54,036 nucleotides of DNA from an uncultured Acidimicrobiaceae bacterium (lineage in GTDB: Bacteria; Actinomycetota; Acidimicrobiia; Actinomarinales; Actinomarinaceae). The stretch is from contig CAXHFF010000001.1 in the NCBI GenBank assembly GCA_964016255.1, forward strand, positions 1 to 54,036. The letters run 5' to 3'. The notes under the pieces are model-generated. The model saw nothing but the letters and a program-made list of their open reading frames with translations, ran no database searches and was not told the DNA's origin. Positions 1-7,822 of the stretch are shown one piece after another; position 1 is the first letter of the stretch; every line of letters starts with the position of its first letter. A program made the translations under genes and the position numbers.

Positions 1-11
1 CACGTGTGTTC

Positions 12-44
12 TCGTCGGCAGCGTCAGATGTGTATAAGAGACAG
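12..44. other. Illumina Nextera/Tn5 Read-1 adapter (library artefact, not genomic)
   Basis: Exact 33-nt string TCGTCGGCAGCGTCAGATGTGTATAAGAGACAG read at 12-44. The last 19 nt are the Tn5 mosaic end. Confidence 0.97.
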
Positions 45-78
45 AACAATAATAAGTAAATAAAAAGGAATATATTTT

Positions 79-1191
79 ATGAATAAGAAATCAATTTCCC
101 TTCTTGTTGCTTGCTTAATGGTCTTTACTGCATGTGCAGGTGGAGATGCCGGAGAAGCAGGCCCTCAAGGAGAACAAGGTGAAAAGGGTGAGGCTGGCGA
201 GATAAGCCAAGCTGCTTTGGATGCTGCAGTAGAAGCTGCTTTAGCTGAAGAAGAAGCTGCAGTCGAAGGATCTCTAGTCATTTATAGTGGTAGAAAAGAA
301 AGCTTAGTCGCCGACGTTATAGCTGCTTTCGCAGCTGAAACTGGAGTGGCAGTTGAAGTTCGTTATGACAAGAGTGCTGCGTTAGCAGGTACTTTAGCTC
401 TTGAGGGCGCAATTAGCCCAGCTGACGTTTTCTTATCACAAGATCCAGTAAGTCTTGGTGTAGTAGCCAAGGAAGGACTTTTTGATGTCTTACCTGCTGA
501 CGTTTTAGACAACGTTCCAGCATGGGCAGTAGACCAAAGAGGATACTGGGTTGGAACTTCTGGAAGATCACGTTCACTTGTTGTTGACACCAGAGATACA
601 ACTGATGCAGAAATGCCTTCAGATATTTATGGTTTAAATGATGAAAAATTTAGAGGAAGACTTGGTCTTGCACCTGGTAACTCATCTTTCATAGCTATGG
701 TTGCTTGCATGATTGAGTCAGATGGTGAAGAAAAAGTCGCCGAATGGTTAACAGCCATCAATGGTCTTGGATATACAGAATATCCAAAGAACTCCCCTCA
801 AGTTGCTGCGGCAGATGCAGGCGAGTTAGACATTGGAATGATTAATCACTACTACACATTAAGAGTATTAGCTGAAAATGGCGATAGCCCAGTTAAAAAC
901 GTATATCTCGATGGTGGTTGTGGTGCAATGGTCATGCCAGCTGGAGCAGGAGTTTTATCTTCTAGCCAAAATAAACCAGCAGCTATGGCATTTATTGAGT
1001 ATCTACACTCAACTAGTGCACAAGAGCATTTCACAAATACTGTATTCGAGTTCCCACTCGTTCCAGGTATTACACCAAATGCCCTATTACCAGACATCGA
1101 TAGTTTGAACTCCCCTGAGGATTTGAACTGGTCTGCATTAGCTTTATGGCAAGAAAAAGCAGTAGAACTTATAGCGCAGGCAGGTTTCTAA
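79..1191 (+). CDS. ABC transporter substrate-binding lipoprotein, FbpA/AfuA/FutA (ferric-iron type) family
   Basis: 370 aa. Signal peptide with lipobox-like FTAC (Cys19). SLVIYSGRKES...ISPADVFLSQD and NHYY (paired Tyr typical of Fe3+-binding FbpA-type binding proteins). Followed by the cognate permease and ATPase. Confidence 0.85.
   Translation: MNKKSISLLVACLMVFTACAGGDAGEAGPQGEQGEKGEAGEISQAALDAAVEAALAEEEAAVEGSLVIYSGRKESLVADVIAAFAAETGVAVEVRYDKSAALAGTLALEGAISPADVFLSQDPVSLGVVAKEGLFDVLPADVLDNVPAWAVDQRGYWVGTSGRSRSLVVDTRDTTDAEMPSDIYGLNDEKFRGRLGLAPGNSSFIAMVACMIESDGEEKVAEWLTAINGLGYTEYPKNSPQVAAADAGELDIGMINHYYTLRVLAENGDSPVKNVYLDGGCGAMVMPAGAGVLSSSQNKPAAMAFIEYLHSTSAQEHFTNTVFEFPLVPGITPNALLPDIDSLNSPEDLNWSALALWQEKAVELIAQAGF
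142..204 (+). repeat. Seven consecutive Gly-X-Y triplets (collagen-like tether) inside the binding-protein gene
   Basis: Translation GDA GEA GPQ GEQ GEK GEA GEI, with Gly at residues 22, 25, 28, 31, 34, 37 and 40, just after the lipobox Cys. Confidence 0.8.
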
Positions 1192-1223
1192 CAGTCATTA
1201 GATACTAATGCTATATACAAAAG

Positions 1224-1260
1224 AAAAAAATCTGGTCAAATCAACCTGGCCAGATTTTTT
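1224..1260 (+). terminator. Candidate intrinsic (bidirectional-type) terminator/attenuator between binding-protein and permease genes
   Basis: A7-TCTGG (1224-1235) pairs with CCAGA-T6 (1250-1260) around a 14-nt loop. A-tract upstream and T-tract downstream. Lies in the 105-nt gap after the binding-protein stop. Confidence 0.5.
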
Positions 1261-1296
1261 CTTTATATAACTCTTTAACATAGATATTCTTGTAGT

Positions 1297-2853
1297 GTGA
1301 AAACTCCAAAATCACTTATAATCACTAACTTCATTATTCTTATTACGTTCTTATTGCCAACATTTTATTTAATCTGGAGATTTCTAACTTTTAATAGATC
1401 TTATATAAGTTTTTTCAGATCTTGGAATGTTTTTGACTTACTTTTAAACACCATGCTTTTATTTATTTTTGTTGTTATATCCAGTCTGATAGTAGGCCTA
1501 TTGATATCAATTATTCTGGTACGTTTTAATATACCTGGTTCCAAAATCTTATTTACCCTGTCTGTGCTTCCATTAGTCATCCCTTCTTATATTGGAGCAT
1601 TAACATATGTTTCAGCTTTTTCTCCTAAAGGTTTATTTGTACAATTATTTTCCAGTTTTGGCATAAATGAAATAGTGGGGATTGAAGGTTTTTTTGGTAG
1701 CTGGATAGTTTTAACTTTATTTACATATCCTTACGTCGTATTGATTTGTAGTAGCGCACTTCGCAATCTTGATTCCACAGTAGAAGATGCAGCACGATCA
1801 TTAGGTAAAAACAGATTTAACGTATACACACAAGTTGTAATTCCAAGATTAAAAAAACCAATTATTTTCTCTGGTCTTCTAGTTGGCTTGTATGTGATAT
1901 CAGATTTTGGTGCAGTTTCACTGATGAGATACTCAACTCTCACAAAAGCTATATATAGTTATTATGAATTCAACATAAATGGCGATCCAGTTATTTTTTA
2001 CTCAAGTATCTTGATAGTTTTAGCATTGCTTATTAGTTTTATTCAAAGAGGTTCTGAGGAGTCGAGATCAGCAAAAGTCAGCGGAACTCCAAAAATATCT
2101 GAAAAAACTAATCTAACCCCAAGATCTAAAATATTAATTTATTCCTTTATGAGTTTAATTATTTTTTCGGGACTCGTTTTGCCAATATCAGTCTTGAGCT
2201 ATTGGCTCATTAGGGGACTTTCAGCTGGAAATAGTGTTAGAGCTGTATTTGGAGGAGTTGTTGGGTCCCTAAGTGTATCTCTATTGGCAGCACTTTTTTC
2301 GGTCGTTGTTTCGACACCCATTATTATTATGGTCTCACAATATCGTTCAAAATTTGGAAATATTGTAGAGAGAATCATGTTGGCACTTTATGGACTACCT
2401 CACATATCCGTCGGGGTAGCAATTTTATTTATAACAATTAAAATTTTCCCATCAATATATCAAAGCTTTACAGCTTTAATTATCTCCTACCTAATAGTTT
2501 TTTTACCTCAAGCAATTGGAGCGGGTCAAGCCTCCATGGAACAGGTAAAATCAAATTACTTAGATGCAAGTTCTGGGTTGGGCATGTCAAAGTTAAAAAG
2601 CTTTTATAGGATTACCCTTCCCTTAATATACAGAGGCTTATTTGCGGGTGGAGCACTTGTCTTCTTATCGACTATGAAAGAATTACCACAAACTCTGTTA
2701 CTCAGGCCTACAGGTTTAAATACTATGGCTATCGATATTTGGTCATATGCATCTGAAGGATTATTCACTCAAGCAGCATTTTCTTCCTTTATTTTGTTGG
2801 CAATAAGCGCAATTCCTACTTATATATTAAGTACAAGGAATTTAACAACATAA
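1297..2853 (+). CDS. ABC transporter permease, FbpB/FutB-type fused double-domain
   Basis: 518 aa, about 12 hydrophobic helices. Two EAA-loop regions (EDAARSLGKNRFNVYTQVVIPRL and LDASSGLGMSKLKSFYRITLPLI). GTG start. Stop overlaps the next gene's ATG (TAATG). Confidence 0.85.
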   Translation: MKTPKSLIITNFIILITFLLPTFYLIWRFLTFNRSYISFFRSWNVFDLLLNTMLLFIFVVISSLIVGLLISIILVRFNIPGSKILFTLSVLPLVIPSYIGALTYVSAFSPKGLFVQLFSSFGINEIVGIEGFFGSWIVLTLFTYPYVVLICSSALRNLDSTVEDAARSLGKNRFNVYTQVVIPRLKKPIIFSGLLVGLYVISDFGAVSLMRYSTLTKAIYSYYEFNINGDPVIFYSSILIVLALLISFIQRGSEESRSAKVSGTPKISEKTNLTPRSKILIYSFMSLIIFSGLVLPISVLSYWLIRGLSAGNSVRAVFGGVVGSLSVSLLAALFSVVVSTPIIIMVSQYRSKFGNIVERIMLALYGLPHISVGVAILFITIKIFPSIYQSFTALIISYLIVFLPQAIGAGQASMEQVKSNYLDASSGLGMSKLKSFYRITLPLIYRGLFAGGALVFLSTMKELPQTLLLRPTGLNTMAIDIWSYASEGLFTQAAFSSFILLAISAIPTYILSTRNLTT

Positions 2854-3878
2854 TGGTATTTAACAGTCTTATTTTAAGAGCTAGAAGCCTATCTAAGTCA
2901 TATGGGGCTGAATCTGTTCTAAAAAATTTTAATATTGATATATGGGAAGGTTCAATTTTCGGAATACTAGGTACCTCCGGATCAGGAAAAACTACGGCTT
3001 TAAGAATGCTTGCAGGTTTTGAATTACCAGATTCGGGAAGTATTGAAATGTATGACAAAGTAATTTTTGATCAGGAGACAAACATACCACCTGAAAATAG
3101 AAATATAGGAATGGTTTTTCAAGATTACGCATTATTCCCGCACTTAAACGTTGAAAAAAATATAGCTTTTGGACTCAGCAAAGAAGAGCAAAATAGTGGG
3201 CGATTGCAAGAAGTAATAGATATGTGTAATTTGACTCAGTATAAAAATAAATTTCCTCAAAAACTTTCAGGAGGTCAGCAACAAAGAGTGGCTTTAGCTA
3301 GGGCACTTGCACCAAAACCAGAAATGATTCTTCTTGATGAACCTTTTACAAGTTTAGATGCCCAAATGGCCAGAGTCCTTAGAGATGAGGTTGTATCTCT
3401 TTTAAGAGAGACTCAAACTACTGCAATAATCGTTACACATGATCAAGAAGAAGCATTATCAGTTTGTGATATTGTCAGTGTTTTGGAAAGTGGTAATGTT
3501 ATACAAAGTGCAACCCCTCAGGAGATTTACTTAAACCCAATCAGTCAATCTGTAGCAAATTCTGTTGGGGATCCAAATATTCTCAAGGGATTTTCAGTAG
3601 ATGGAAGAGTTGAAACATCCCTTGGAAGTTTTACTTCAGCATATGAAGGTGCATTAGATGTATCGATCCGTCCAGAATGTATTGAAATCAATCTAGATTC
3701 CATGGGGCCTTATACCGTTAAGGAGTGTACTTTTTATGGTCACGATCAAGTTATATCTTTTGAGAATAACAAAGGTGAGATATTCAGATCCAGATCTCTC
3801 CCGTCTGTTATTTATGAACCGGGTGACAAGATTTGCATTGAAATTTCGGAAGTAACTACTTTTCCTTCAAATAAGTAG
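2853..3878 (+). CDS. ABC transporter ATP-binding protein (FbpC/PotA-like)
   Basis: Walker A GTSGSGKTT, Q-loop VFQDYALFPH, signature LSGGQQQRVALARAL, Walker B ILLDEPFTSLD, H-loop VTHDQEEA. C-terminal regulatory-type domain. Confidence 0.92.
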   Translation: MVFNSLILRARSLSKSYGAESVLKNFNIDIWEGSIFGILGTSGSGKTTALRMLAGFELPDSGSIEMYDKVIFDQETNIPPENRNIGMVFQDYALFPHLNVEKNIAFGLSKEEQNSGRLQEVIDMCNLTQYKNKFPQKLSGGQQQRVALARALAPKPEMILLDEPFTSLDAQMARVLRDEVVSLLRETQTTAIIVTHDQEEALSVCDIVSVLESGNVIQSATPQEIYLNPISQSVANSVGDPNILKGFSVDGRVETSLGSFTSAYEGALDVSIRPECIEINLDSMGPYTVKECTFYGHDQVISFENNKGEIFRSRSLPSVIYEPGDKICIEISEVTTFPSNK

Positions 3879-4061
3879 TTTAATCTTTGACACTTTTCCT
3901 GCGATGGCTTGAAGTGCTATTTCAGTTTCAGAAAGATAATTTGTAGCTCTTTTAAAGTTATTCTCTGCAATAAGTTCTCTTGAATTTGCTAGTGACTTTA
4001 CTAAACTGTTCAATTCATGAATCAAGTTATCTATTTCTTTATTAATTTCATTAATATCCAT
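3867..4061 (-). CDS. Hypothetical 64-aa all-helical protein (uncertain)
   Basis: The only stop-free frame in the 229-nt gap between the ATPase gene and the heliorhodopsin gene, which is a large gap for this genome. No TM segment and no clear Shine-Dalgarno. Overlaps the ATPase 3' end by 12 nt. Confidence 0.3.
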   Translation of the reverse strand: MDINEINKEIDNLIHELNSLVKSLANSRELIAENNFKRATNYLSETEIALQAIAGKVSKIKLLI

Positions 4062-4107
4062 ATCTGTAATAATAAGGTTAATACTATTTAAAAAAAGGTA
4101 AGAAATA

Positions 4108-4911
4108 ATGGAAGCAAAAATTCAGAAACTTAAGAAATTTAATTTAAGGATGGGATTAGTTCATCTTATTCAAGGAGCAGGTTTATTTTATTTGGGAACC
4201 GTAGTCAACACAGGTTTTACAGTACCTTTAACAATTACTCAACTTATAGGAGTTGGAACTCCTGAGGATCCATCTAGCTTCGCTTTAGTTCCAGAACTAC
4301 AAATCTGGAGAGAGGTATCAAACTTTGGACCTGCAGTTGCAACATTTTTGCTAGCTTCAGCAGTCGCACACTTTCTCATATCAGGACCTTTTTATAACAG
4401 ATATAAAGAAGATTTAATGAAAGGTATTAATAAAGTTCGCTGGATAGAGTATTCCATAAGTGCATCAGTAATGATTGTATTAATTGCTTTACTTGTCGGG
4501 ATCTATGATATCTGGGCATTAGCAGGTATATTTGTAATGAATGCTGCCATGTGTTGGTTTGGTTGGATGATGGAAGTACACAATCAATATACGGACAAAG
4601 TTGATTGGACCGCTTATATTATGGGATGTTTAGCTGGAATCGCACCTTGGATATTTATCTTCATTAACCTAATAGGTGATGGTGTTGCTACGGATGCAAA
4701 CCCACAAGGCGTTCCTCAGTTTGTGGTATGGATATTTGTTAGTATCTTTTTCTTTTTTAATACTTTCTCAATCAATATGATTTTGCAATATAAAGGTGTA
4801 GGTAAATGGAAAGATTATCTCTATGGAGAGAGAGCTTATATATGGCTAAGTTTATTAGCTAAGACTTGTCTTGCATGGCAAGTATTTGCGGGAACTTATC
4901 AGCCAAACTAA
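4108..4911 (+). CDS. heR: Heliorhodopsin (7-TM retinal-binding protein, inverted topology family)
   Basis: 267 aa with 7 hydrophobic helices. RWIEYSISASVMIVLIA (Glu114), GERAYIWLSLLAKTCLAWQVFAGT (Lys252, AAG 4861-4863), His19 and His88 match my recollection of heliorhodopsin 48C12 (E107, K241, H23, H80). No type-1 RYxDW or DxxxK motifs. Confidence 0.9.
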   Translation: MEAKIQKLKKFNLRMGLVHLIQGAGLFYLGTVVNTGFTVPLTITQLIGVGTPEDPSSFALVPELQIWREVSNFGPAVATFLLASAVAHFLISGPFYNRYKEDLMKGINKVRWIEYSISASVMIVLIALLVGIYDIWALAGIFVMNAAMCWFGWMMEVHNQYTDKVDWTAYIMGCLAGIAPWIFIFINLIGDGVATDANPQGVPQFVVWIFVSIFFFFNTFSINMILQYKGVGKWKDYLYGERAYIWLSLLAKTCLAWQVFAGTYQPN

Positions 4912-4989
4912 TTTGGGGTTACTTAATCCTCTTTCCAAAAAAGATTACTAATAAGATTATTAATAAGAGGCCAATATAAGAAAAAGCCA

Positions 4990-5781
4990 CTATTCTTTTT
5001 TTCTGATTTTCTTAAACAATATAAATAAAAGATAAACTGGGATTAATAACACGCTAAGAGAAACTGTGACTCCAACAATTCCTTCAATCCAATTTAAGCT
5101 TCTTTGAAAATAATAGTTCCAAGAGAATAGCGATATTCCAGATCCTTCTCTGATATTTAAAGTTAGTGTTGAATATGAAGTTGCATTTTCGTAATATTCT
5201 TTTTGTCCTTTAAGCCTTTCAATATCCTGATTTACATATCGCAGTTGATTCTGCACCTCTAATCGCTCAGATGTTGTTTTAGCCTCTAATTTAATCTCCT
5301 CAAGAGCTGTTTTCTCATTAAGTAACGAAAGTAACCGCGAGTCAATGTCTAGTACATAAGTTGTTACATCATTGGAATTGATACTAATATCTGAAAACTT
5401 TTTTATATTTTCTACTTCAGCTAAGAATTCATCAAAATCTTCAGCAGGAATATTTGACGTGATACTAAAATTTTTAAGACCTTGATAGTTACTAGAAAGA
5501 TAGGTATCTGAAATATTCCCATTATATTTTTCAACAAGTTTTTTAAACTGATCAACTTTTTTATCAAAGTTTGAAGTACTGACATCTACACTCCCATATG
5601 CAGATTTTATAACATAATCCCCCTGGGAAATAGAAGTACTTTCTATAGAGTCAGACCCCATTTTAAATGATCCAGGTTCTGTCATTCCAAAAGAAACGCT
5701 ATCTTCAGTAATGTTTGTTGAAAATAATCCACTACAGGCAGTTATAAGTGAGGCAAATAAAAATAATCTTATAAATTTCAT
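4990..5781 (-). CDS. Lipoprotein with central coiled coil and C-terminal TM anchor (DUF4349-like architecture)
   Basis: 263 aa. N-terminal signal with lipobox LITAC. Coiled-coil region (LEEIKLEAKTTSERLEVQNQLRYVNQDIERLKGQ). C-terminal helix VGVTVSLSVLLIPVYLLFILF followed by KKIRKKE. Family assignment is from memory of the architecture only. Confidence 0.6.
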   Translation of the reverse strand: MKFIRLFLFASLITACSGLFSTNITEDSVSFGMTEPGSFKMGSDSIESTSISQGDYVIKSAYGSVDVSTSNFDKKVDQFKKLVEKYNGNISDTYLSSNYQGLKNFSITSNIPAEDFDEFLAEVENIKKFSDISINSNDVTTYVLDIDSRLLSLLNEKTALEEIKLEAKTTSERLEVQNQLRYVNQDIERLKGQKEYYENATSYSTLTLNIREGSGISLFSWNYYFQRSLNWIEGIVGVTVSLSVLLIPVYLLFILFKKIRKKE

Positions 5782-5797
5782 TTGATAAGTATATCTA

Positions 5798-6892
5798 TTA
5801 GTAATTCATAATTTCGATAACGGGCACATACATTTCCTCCGGAGTTGTACCCCCGTGGTAGCCAACCAAGCTTCCTCTCAAATGCTTTGGAAAAATTATA
5901 TATCCATCTTCTAATAAAAAGCAATGGTCGGGATAAAGCCTTTTACTTAAATCTGTTTCTGGATTACCTAACAATTTTCTAATCTCTTCAGAAGTAAGAA
6001 ATCGTCCTGGCACATCTTTAAATATTTTCTTAACCTTATGAAAATCTCCATTGATATATACACTTCTTTGATCTCCAAAAATCTTAATATCATCTGTGTA
6101 ATCTAAATAAACTCTATTTTTCTCTGAAATATTTGTAAGGCCATGGTCAGCGGTGATGACAGTATACATTTTTCTTGAGTGTGAATTGTTTAAATTTTTT
6201 ATAAATTTTTCAAAGATATCAATTTCTTTATGCCACTCCTCGCTACCAACACCAAATACATGAGCTGAAATATCAATGTTTGGATAATAAATAAAGTTAA
6301 AACGATTATCTAAAACAGAAGAATCACTAATTATTTCATTTAATTCATCAGTATCTTTGTATCCAACTTGATGAGAGTCTTTATAAATGTATTCAGACAA
6401 TGCACTCTTTATAAGGTCTTTAGGTTGAATGTTATTAGATGTAATGCCTTTAGATTTAAGAATTGTCCATATCGTTTTATTATCTTTGATATCGATGTCT
6501 TTCAATATTGATTTATTGTCTTGATTCCAGTTCAGGGCATTAATCAGACCATGCTCATTTCTATCAAAAAGGTAGTAACCAAGAATGGCTGTATCTACAG
6601 GTTTAGAAACGTAATTAATAGTGCTTAAAGCGACATTTGTAGAACTCGGAAAGGTTGAGTTCACGGAAAATGAATTTGTATTATTTAAAAAATCAGACCT
6701 CGAAATTTTTAAATTTTCAGTACCTAGACCATCAGCTAAAACAAAGTTTATTGTCTCTGCCTTTAATATTTCAGAATTAAGTTTTACTTCGTATTCTTCA
6801 GAAAATATATCCTCATTTAGTACGATATTAAAAATTTTTTTAGATAAGTCTAGTAAGTTGCTTTTTCCAAAAATATTGTTTAAATGATCCAT
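5798..6892 (-). CDS. Alkaline-phosphatase superfamily protein (type I phosphodiesterase / nucleotide pyrophosphatase-like)
   Basis: 364 aa. Metal-ligand motifs NFVLADGLGTENL, VITADHGLTN and GYHGGTTPEEMYVP are typical of the superfamily. 16 nt upstream of the DUF4349-like gene on the same strand. Confidence 0.7.
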   Translation of the reverse strand: MDHLNNIFGKSNLLDLSKKIFNIVLNEDIFSEEYEVKLNSEILKAETINFVLADGLGTENLKISRSDFLNNTNSFSVNSTFPSSTNVALSTINYVSKPVDTAILGYYLFDRNEHGLINALNWNQDNKSILKDIDIKDNKTIWTILKSKGITSNNIQPKDLIKSALSEYIYKDSHQVGYKDTDELNEIISDSSVLDNRFNFIYYPNIDISAHVFGVGSEEWHKEIDIFEKFIKNLNNSHSRKMYTVITADHGLTNISEKNRVYLDYTDDIKIFGDQRSVYINGDFHKVKKIFKDVPGRFLTSEEIRKLLGNPETDLSKRLYPDHCFLLEDGYIIFPKHLRGSLVGYHGGTTPEEMYVPVIEIMNY

Positions 6893-6968
6893 AAAAAAAG
6901 TTTACAAACAATTACGCTCAACTTTCAAATAAAACTAAAATTTCCTAAGGGTTGGTTAAAATCAAATT

Positions 6969-7334
6969 ATGAATTCTTATTTTCAGGAGTACGCAACAGT
7001 AGCAGTATTGCTAGCAGTGGGCATTATATTTATGCTTATTTTGACATCGATTGCAGCCATTCTCAGACCTAATAATCCCTCTCCTGAAAAGCTAACAACC
7101 TATGAGTCAGGTGTTGACCCAGTGGGAACTGGTTGGAGCCAGACATACATCCGGTACTATATTTTTGGCTTACTATTTGTAATTTTTGACGTTGAAGCAG
7201 TATTCATATTCCCATGGGCAATTAATCTTGAGAAGTTAGGTTATTTCGGTTTAATTGAAATGTTGGTATTTATTTTTATTTTGTTGATTGGTTTAATTTA
7301 CGCAATTAGAAAGGACGTCTTGAAATGGGAGTAG
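6969..7334 (+). CDS. nuoA: NADH-quinone oxidoreductase subunit A
   Basis: 121 aa, 3 [11 protein letters not shown]...[24 protein letters not shown] matches the NuoA/ND3 signature. First gene of the nuo cluster. Confidence 0.92.
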   Translation: MNSYFQEYATVAVLLAVGIIFMLILTSIAAILRPNNPSPEKLTTYESGVDPVGTGWSQTYIRYYIFGLLFVIFDVEAVFIFPWAINLEKLGYFGLIEMLVFIFILLIGLIYAIRKDVLKWE

Positions 7335-7822
7335 TTGATAAATTTGGATTACCAAAACCTATATCATCAGTTTTAAACTGGGCAAGGTCATACTCACTGT
7401 GGTATTTTCAATTCGGCCTGGCCTGTTGCGCTATAGAAGTTATGGCTGTAAGTGGACCTAGGCATGATTTTATGAGACTAGGAATTATTCCATTGCCAGC
7501 TTCACCAAGGCAAGCTGATCTTATGGTTGTAGCAGGAACAGTTACCGACAAAATGGCACCGGCAGTAAAAAGACTTTATGATCAAATGCCAGAACCAAAA
7601 TATGTAATTTCTATGGGTTCATGTTCGAATAGTGGTGGCCCATATTGGGATTCTTATTCCGTTACCAAAGGTGTAGATCAACTTATACCCGTCGACGTGT
7701 ATGTACCTGGATGTCCACCAAGACCCGAAGCTTTACAAGAAGGAATAATTCTCCTGCAAGAAAAAATTAGAGGAGAAGATATGAAAGAAAAATGGAAAGC
7801 AGATCAAAATGAACCTGTCTAA
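7325..7822 (+). CDS. nuoB: NADH-quinone oxidoreductase subunit B
   Basis: 165 aa. N2 cluster ligands in [18 protein letters not shown] and VPGCPPRPE. Confidence 0.95.
   Translation: MGVVDKFGLPKPISSVLNWARSYSLWYFQFGLACCAIEVMAVSGPRHDFMRLGIIPLPASPRQADLMVVAGTVTDKMAPAVKRLYDQMPEPKYVISMGSCSNSGGPYWDSYSVTKGVDQLIPVDVYVPGCPPRPEALQEGIILLQEKIRGEDMKEKWKADQNEPV

Noticed and set aside
4108-4911. Alternative reading of the 7-TM protein as a type-1 rhodopsin (proteorhodopsin or xanthorhodopsin type)
   Set aside because: It has no RYxDW-type helix-3 motif, no DxxxK in the last helix and no DTE/DTD-type triad. The conserved blocks match the heliorhodopsin pattern instead.
4912-4989. Bidirectional terminator between the convergent heR and the DUF4349-like gene
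   Set aside because: The only repeat is a 6-bp one (CCTCTT / AAGAGG) with a loop of about 30 nt, plus trivial AT palindromes. There is no credible stem-loop.
6621-7072. ORFs 6621-6887 (+) and 6884-7072 (+) near the nuoA upstream region
   Set aside because: The first is antisense to the alkaline-phosphatase-family gene. The second overlaps the nuoA start in another frame. Neither has recognisable motifs.
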